Of a DNA stretch of 22,986 bases, positions 17,765 through 22,986 are shown one piece after another. The stretch covers positions 1 to 22,986 of the forward strand of contig JBBRBK010000030.1 in assembly GCA_038205935.1 (NCBI GenBank), written 5' to 3'. Both the position numbers and the translations under genes were made by a program. The DNA is from Campylobacterales bacterium (GTDB taxonomy: Bacteria > Campylobacterota > Campylobacteria > Campylobacterales > Sulfurimonadaceae). Below the pieces are notes generated by a model. The model had not been told where the DNA came from. It did not search any database and worked only from the letters and a program-made list of their open reading frames with translations. Position 1 is the stretch's first letter; each line of letters opens with the position of its first letter.

Positions 17765-19454
17765 TCTTTTCTCCTTTATAAATTAATCGCTCAGGCGTAC
17801 TAAAAGGACATTTTTTATAGACAAAATCTCTTCTTAGAGAATGAAAACTGCTCTTTTCATCCCAAAATTGGCTATACATTGTGTCCAACTCCTCTTTATG
17901 CTTGCTCAAGATGAGATTGCTGTTTTTTTGTAGTTTTTCTCTTTTTGCATCAAGAAGTTCGAACCATCTCTCTTCATCACTCGCCAAATTTTGAGCAAAT
18001 ATATCAAGCTCATCATAAAACTTGTTCATCTCTTCACAAAACACTTCATCCACCAAGCCTATTTTCTGCGCTTCTTTGACTGTAAGAGGCAAAGCATTTT
18101 CTAAGAGTTCCTCAGCTTTTGCTTTTCCCACTCTTGTGGGCAAAGTATATGTGTGAAACTCACTGCCGCTAAGTCCTATGGTTTTATAGTGCGGATTTAA
18201 GACGACTCCTTCTCTTGCGACCACATAATCACAGGCCAACCCTAAAAATACGCCTCCCGCCCCTGCTCCACTTTTAAAAGCCGCCACCGTTAAAATATCG
18301 TCCGACATCAAGACTGAGCGCACTATATCGTTCATAGCATTGATGTTGCTCCATCCGTCTTCACCCGCTTTTTTGCTGTCTTCTAGGATGTTAAGATGGA
18401 TACCGTTTGAAAAGAAATCTCTCCCGCCCATAAGGACGAGTACTTTGCAGCTTTCTTGTAAAAATTCTACGGCATACTTCAAGCGTATCGATTGCTCAGA
18501 ACTAAACGCACCGTTATAAAAATCAAAGTAAAGATACGCCACTTCGCCTTTTATCTGCGTATAAATCTCATAGAATGTTTCTCTATGATTTTCCAGTATC
18601 AGCGGTATTCTCGACTCTTTTATCCCTTTAAGTTTCTCTTTTAACACATAAGTCGCAGGTAATTTAAACTTTAAAACCTCTTTGAGATGCGATATCCATA
18701 CCGCGCCATCGATGGTTTTGATACACACGGCACCGTCTCTTTTGGCAAATATCTCTTTTGTCTGTGCATTTTTAGCAAGATTTCTGAGATTTTCATCCTC
18801 TTCAAATCCTTCTACATGTACGCCAAACAGATAACATTTCACCCCCAACAACTCATCAAGTACTCCGGGAAAACTATCTGAAGCATTGATCTTTTGAATG
18901 ATCTTTTTCGTAGTATCTTTTTCCCAATCGATAGCTCTTTCTAAAGAGGTTATTTTTTTGTGCATAGGCGTGGGCAACTGTTTGATTGGCTCAAACGAGC
19001 TGTTTTGGAGGTTTTTTAAAAGTTTTTTGAGAGCTTTGGATGTCGCCGTACTTACTTCTTGTCTATATATAGATGCTTTTTTTGCATCACGCATAGGAAA
19101 GTTTTCAAATGCATAAATATCTCCCCCATCAAACTCATCGTTTGCTCGGATGATACTCACGCCCCACTCATCTTTTTCATCAAAGATTGCATGTTCGAGA
19201 GAATGGGGACCTTTATCTCCTAAAATACCAGGATGGACGATGAATGTCGGAATGTTTGTATATATTGACTCAGGAATGAATTTCGTTAGATAGGGGCAGA
19301 TAACAATATCTGGGTGAAAATTCTCTACTGCATTTTGCATCAGCTCATCGTTGATGGCAAATTGTACAGGCACAATATATCCGAGCTCTCTCATCTCACA
19401 AAAAATCCTCTGCGTTAAAGAGTTGAGCACGGTAGCTATTATAAGAATTCTCAT
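17757..19454 (-). CDS. hypX: Hydrogenase maturation factor HypX/HoxX (formyltransferase + crotonase domains)
   Basis: NSLTQR, HPGILGDKG, EFDGG, DSFPGV, FYNGA, FFSNGIHLN, AGAGGVFL, LNPHYK..GL.GSE. Confidence 0.93.
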   Translation of the reverse strand: MRILIIATVLNSLTQRIFCEMRELGYIVPVQFAINDELMQNAVENFHPDIVICPYLTKFIPESIYTNIPTFIVHPGILGDKGPHSLEHAIFDEKDEWGVSIIRANDEFDGGDIYAFENFPMRDAKKASIYRQEVSTATSKALKKLLKNLQNSSFEPIKQLPTPMHKKITSLERAIDWEKDTTKKIIQKINASDSFPGVLDELLGVKCYLFGVHVEGFEEDENLRNLAKNAQTKEIFAKRDGAVCIKTIDGAVWISHLKEVLKFKLPATYVLKEKLKGIKESRIPLILENHRETFYEIYTQIKGEVAYLYFDFYNGAFSSEQSIRLKYAVEFLQESCKVLVLMGGRDFFSNGIHLNILEDSKKAGEDGWSNINAMNDIVRSVLMSDDILTVAAFKSGAGAGGVFLGLACDYVVAREGVVLNPHYKTIGLSGSEFHTYTLPTRVGKAKAEELLENALPLTVKEAQKIGLVDEVFCEEMNKFYDELDIFAQNLASDEERWFELLDAKREKLQKNSNLILSKHKEELDTMYSQFWDEKSSFHSLRRDFVYKKCPFSTPERLIYKGEKNA

Positions 19455-19466
19455 CTATTCTTATAC

Positions 19467-20465
19467 CTAACAGATACGCGGCAATAGTTCGCCTGTAGGC
19501 AGGTCTAAAAATCTTTTCGTCCCATATGAGGAGTTCAAGATCACTTTTCCAACATAAGCATCACTCACTTTGCCTATAATTACAGCATTTGAAGAGTTTT
19601 CAAACTGATGCAACACGTCAAGCGCTTTTTGTGCATACTCTTTGGCAATAGCAAGAACAAAAGTGCCCTCGTTTGCCAGATTGAGCGGTTCAAATCCAAG
19701 CATCTCACAGCTTCCATAAACCTCAGAACTTACAGGAATAGTTTCTTCATCCACTTCTATACAGATATGGGATTGTTTTGCCCACTCGTTTAACACCGCC
19801 GCCACACCGCCGCGAGTTGCATCTCTCATAGCCGTTATCTTTATGCCAGTATCCATCAACGCTTTGACTTGAATATATAAAGACGCACAGTCGCTTTGAA
19901 GCGAGGAACCAAAATCCATCCCTTCTCTTGCCACAAAGATCGTCGCTCCATGTCTGCCGATGTCTCTTGAGAGCAATATCAGATCATCTTGGGTTATGTT
20001 GTTTGAGCTGATACCACGCTGCTGTATCTCACCTATACCGGTTGTGTTGATAAATATCTTGTCTACAGCACCTTTGGGAACTACCTTAGTATCTCCGCTT
20101 ACTACGATAGCGCCGTTGATTTCCAGTTCTTTTTTCATAGAACGCACGATATTTTCAAGATCACGGATGGCAAAACCCTCTTCTATGATAACGCTACATG
20201 TAAGGTATTTTGGCTTTGCGCCCATCATAGCAAGATCGTTACATGTACCGCAGATTGCAAGTTTTCCTATATCTCCACCGGGAAAAAATATCGGCGAAAC
20301 AGTAAAAGAATCCGTCGAAAAAGCAAGTTCTCCGTTATGGATCACCGCCGCATCTTCACTTTTAGAAAGAATTTCGTTTTCAAAAGCTTTATAAAATACT
20401 TTGGAAATTAGTTCGTTATTTTCTTCTCCGCCGTTGCCATGTGCTAAAGTTACATATTTTGTCAT
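19467..20465 (-). CDS. hypE: Carbamoyl dehydratase HypE
   Basis: LAHGNGG, TDSFTVSPIFFPGGDIG, GDTKVV, RDATRGG, ANEG, C-terminal LPRIC. Confidence 0.98.
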   Translation of the reverse strand: MTKYVTLAHGNGGEENNELISKVFYKAFENEILSKSEDAAVIHNGELAFSTDSFTVSPIFFPGGDIGKLAICGTCNDLAMMGAKPKYLTCSVIIEEGFAIRDLENIVRSMKKELEINGAIVVSGDTKVVPKGAVDKIFINTTGIGEIQQRGISSNNITQDDLILLSRDIGRHGATIFVAREGMDFGSSLQSDCASLYIQVKALMDTGIKITAMRDATRGGVAAVLNEWAKQSHICIEVDEETIPVSSEVYGSCEMLGFEPLNLANEGTFVLAIAKEYAQKALDVLHQFENSSNAVIIGKVSDAYVGKVILNSSYGTKRFLDLPTGELLPRIC

Positions 20466-21610
20466 TTTAAAAGATTCCCATATTTATAGTATGCCGCACA
20501 TGCGCCCTCACTGCTCACCATACAGCTTCCAAGTGGAGAACTCGGTTTACATGCCGTGCCAAAGATCGTACACTCAGGCGGATTTGCCATGCCGCGGAGG
20601 ATATCTCCACAGATACAAAGTTTATGATCTTCTATCTCCTCTTTTGGCAAAATATCGTCATAAATTTTCTCTGCATCAAGTTCTGAATATTCATTTTTAA
20701 GTTTGTATCCACTCTCAGGTATGTTTCCAAGGCCACGCCATTTAAAAAGATCTGCTTTTTCAAAATATTTTTCTATAAGCTGTTGCGCTTTGAGATTACC
20801 TTCATAAGAGACTAGTCTTTTATATTGAATCTCCAGCTCGCAGCGCTGTTCGTTAAACTGACGAACAAGCATCAAAATGGCTTCCATCACATCTACAGGT
20901 TCAAACCCTGCAACGACAACGGGACGGTTGTACTTTTTTGGAAACTTCTCATATATTTTCGCGCCCGTAATAACGCTTACATGACTCGGCCCTAAAAATG
21001 CATCTATCCTGTTGTTGTAACTGTCTACATGCTCATCACGACTGTCGATAAGCTCGACCATCACTTCAGGCACCGTCACATGGTTGATATGAAAAAAGAT
21101 ATTTTTGATGCCGCGTTTAATAACTGTGTCTATCAAAGCTACAGTCATAGGCGCTGTCGTCTCAAAACCGATAGCAAAAAATATCACTTTCTTTTCTGGG
21201 TTTTCTGTAGCTATCTTCAATACATCTAAGGGCGAATAAACAAAACGTACATCTGCGCCTTTGGCTCTTGCATCTTGCAGAGATCCCTTGCTTCCGGGCA
21301 CTTTTATCATATCTCCCAAAGTAACAAGAATCACATCTTCTTGCTGGCTTAAGATATACGCATGGTCTATGCGTTCTTTTGGCATGATGCACACAGGACA
21401 ACCCGGACCATGGATAAACTTGATGTTTTGCGGCATAAGCTGTGGAAGTCCGTATTTCATGATTGAATGCGTATGACCGCCGCAAACTTCCATGATATTT
21501 ATAGGATGAGGCAATTGTTTTGCCTCTTCATTTATGAGTTTTGCAAGTCCTCCGATAACCTCAGGATTACGAAATCCGTCGTACAAGTCTTTTAACTGTA
21601 ACTCACTCAT
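20462..21610 (-). CDS. hypD: Hydrogenase maturation scaffold HypD
   Basis: MEVCGGHT, GPGCPVC, GFETT, PSHVS, C-terminal Cys cluster and GSCMVSSEGAC. Confidence 0.98.
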   Translation of the reverse strand: MSELQLKDLYDGFRNPEVIGGLAKLINEEAKQLPHPINIMEVCGGHTHSIMKYGLPQLMPQNIKFIHGPGCPVCIMPKERIDHAYILSQQEDVILVTLGDMIKVPGSKGSLQDARAKGADVRFVYSPLDVLKIATENPEKKVIFFAIGFETTAPMTVALIDTVIKRGIKNIFFHINHVTVPEVMVELIDSRDEHVDSYNNRIDAFLGPSHVSVITGAKIYEKFPKKYNRPVVVAGFEPVDVMEAILMLVRQFNEQRCELEIQYKRLVSYEGNLKAQQLIEKYFEKADLFKWRGLGNIPESGYKLKNEYSELDAEKIYDDILPKEEIEDHKLCICGDILRGMANPPECTIFGTACKPSSPLGSCMVSSEGACAAYYKYGNLLK

Positions 21611-21900
21611 TGTAGAGTCCTGTTTTCACAGTTATCATCTTCTAAAACGAGCCTCTCACGTTCCTCTTCATCGAGTTTTTCAAGTATCTCGTTGTAGACT
21701 TTTAAAGATTCCAAAGCATCTTCTTCATCTATCTTATTCATCACAAAGCCTATATGGATTAAAACATAATCGCCCACTCTGACACTACCCTCTTCTACAA
21801 GATCCAAACCCGCTTTTCTTGTCACGCCCATGGTATCCACCACTGCAAGATTGAGCTCTTTATCAATACTCACGACTTTACTTGGAATCGATAAACACAT
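21607..21900 (-). CDS. hypC: Hydrogenase assembly chaperone HypC
   Basis: MCLSIP, VGDYVLIHIGF; acidic C-terminal tail. Confidence 0.97.
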   Translation of the reverse strand: MCLSIPSKVVSIDKELNLAVVDTMGVTRKAGLDLVEEGSVRVGDYVLIHIGFVMNKIDEEDALESLKVYNEILEKLDEEERERLVLEDDNCENRTLQ

Positions 21901-21902
21901 AA

Positions 21903-22706
21903 TTATCCTCTCATCTTTCTTTTAAACTCTATCCATTCTATAACACGTTTGATAGAGTTTTCATCTTTAATACTCAGCTCTAAAATATCTACATTTGGTT
22001 TTAATTTTCTCGCTTCAGCTTTTTCATGTTCGATGTCATAATCAAAGTATGGCAAAAGGTCTGTTTTGGTAATGAGTACTAAATCCGCCTGACGAAACAT
22101 TACGGGATATTTTTCTACCTTATCACTTCCCTCAGGAACTGAAACAAGCACGATATTTAGATGACTTCCAACATCATAAGATGCAGGGCATACAAGATTG
22201 CCTACATTTTCCACAAAACAAACATCCATTGCATCTAAATCCATATGATGCAGCGCTTTATGAACCATAAAAGCATCTAAATGACAAGCAGAACCCGTTT
22301 GAATCTGATGCGCTTGAATCCCTTTTGCTTTGAGTCTGTCTGCATCACGGCTTGTTTCCAGGTCACCTTCCACTACGCCAAATTTAAAAGGAGCTAGTGT
22401 TGCCATATGTTCAAGTAGTGCCGTCTTTCCGCTTCCAGGAGAACTCATAAGGTTGATACAAAGCACGCCATGTTCATCAAAATGGGCTCTGTTATGCCCT
22501 GCTTCTTGATCATTTTTATCCAGTATCTTTGTGATGACCGCTATGGTTTTTGCATCGTTTAACTGAGGATTGTCATGAAGATGCTGATGCGCTTCTTGAT
22601 GTTTATGAGAATCATCGTGATCGTGATGATGATTATGTTCCTCTTCATGAGAATGATGGTGAGAATGTTTATCTATTGTTATACTGCAACCGCAATCTTT
22701 ACACAT
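21903..22706 (-). CDS. hypB: Hydrogenase nickel incorporation GTPase HypB
   Basis: MCKDCGC, His-rich linker, SSPGSGKT, CHLDA, ENVGNLVCPA, TKTD. Confidence 0.98.
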   Translation of the reverse strand: MCKDCGCSITIDKHSHHHSHEEEHNHHHDHDDSHKHQEAHQHLHDNPQLNDAKTIAVITKILDKNDQEAGHNRAHFDEHGVLCINLMSSPGSGKTALLEHMATLAPFKFGVVEGDLETSRDADRLKAKGIQAHQIQTGSACHLDAFMVHKALHHMDLDAMDVCFVENVGNLVCPASYDVGSHLNIVLVSVPEGSDKVEKYPVMFRQADLVLITKTDLLPYFDYDIEHEKAEARKLKPNVDILELSIKDENSIKRVIEWIEFKRKMRG

Positions 22707-22727
22707 ATTTTTTCCTTATTTTAATTT

Positions 22728-22986
22728 TTATGCTAACCAAATCTGGCTTCCGACGATCAAAGAGATAACTCCAGCCGTGGCAAACACTCTTCGGACATTT
22801 TTGACATCTGTTAAAAGATGCTTATTGATTTGAAGTATAACAGCTCCAAAACCTACAAATACGACAGACACGCCAGCTACAAATGCTAAAACCATAGTTG
22901 GGTCAACGCTTTTACCTTGCAGCATTCCCAAAGTTATCAACATACCTCGCACTCCGCCCATTCCCATCAATGCGCCCATTGTAAGA
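22728..22986 (-). CDS. C-terminal part of a membrane protein, probably a nickel/cobalt permease (UreH/NiCoT-like); truncated by the window edge
   Basis: Frame is open to the window end; three hydrophobic helices (GALMGMGG..., VLAFVAGVSVVF..., AGVISLIVG); immediately upstream of hypB. Confidence 0.55.
   Translation of the reverse strand, partial: LTMGALMGMGGVRGMLITLGMLQGKSVDPTMVLAFVAGVSVVFVGFGAVILQINKHLLTDVKNVRRVFATAGVISLIVGSQIWLA

Noticed and set aside
19661..19670. AAGTGCCCTC, the reverse complement of part of the queC insertion core
   Set aside because: Encodes the conserved NEGTF motif of HypE; chance partial match with no insertion.
19960..20394. 144-aa + strand ORF and the other short overlapping or antisense ORFs in the track
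   Set aside because: Shadow ORFs opposite or within well-supported genes, with no recognisable motifs.
21294..21303. CCGGGCACTT, resembling the queC insertion core
   Set aside because: Antisense to the conserved KVPGS of HypD; chance partial match.
1..22986. CRISPR arrays, tRNA/rRNA genes, IS elements, prophage or defence systems
   Set aside because: No spaced repeats, RNA-gene signatures, transposase/integrase or defence-type ORFs were seen; nearly all sequence is accounted for by recognisable CDSs.

Overview
AT-rich chromosomal window from a Campylobacterota (epsilonproteobacterial) bacterium. The gene content suggests a free-living Sulfurimonas/Sulfurovum-type hydrogen oxidiser; this is inference from protein similarity and gene order, not a database result. 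Bases 1-9.2 kb hold the conserved envelope operon tatD-mltD-rlpA-hisB-kdsC-lptC-lptA-engB-GNAT(argA-like)-mreD-like-mrdA, followed by a DUF475/TerC-like gene. Bases 9.2-16.5 kb are a mixed region: ybeY, a sigma28-type YjfB-like small protein, a Tat-exported two-subunit GMC flavoprotein, queC, a YgjP/M48-like gene, RMD1/DUF155, a small lytic transglycosylase and a split PAS + MCP (CetB/CetA-like) energy-taxis pair. Bases 16.6-23 kb on the minus strand hold a [NiFe]-hydrogenase maturation cluster: partial Ni permease-hypB-hypC-hypD-hypE-hypX-hypA-DUF695. No rRNA, tRNA, CRISPR array or transposase was seen. The best leads are: (i) an 18-bp GC-rich hairpin inserted in frame in queC (adds HPQGTS, flanked by CA), a candidate very small dispersed/mobile element; (ii) a GMC oxidoreductase whose canonical His/Asn catalytic pair appears replaced; (iii) four genes with an identical -10 box-N6-ATG leaderless architecture; (iv) a NikR-like palindrome ahead of the PAS-MCP pair next to the hyp cluster.
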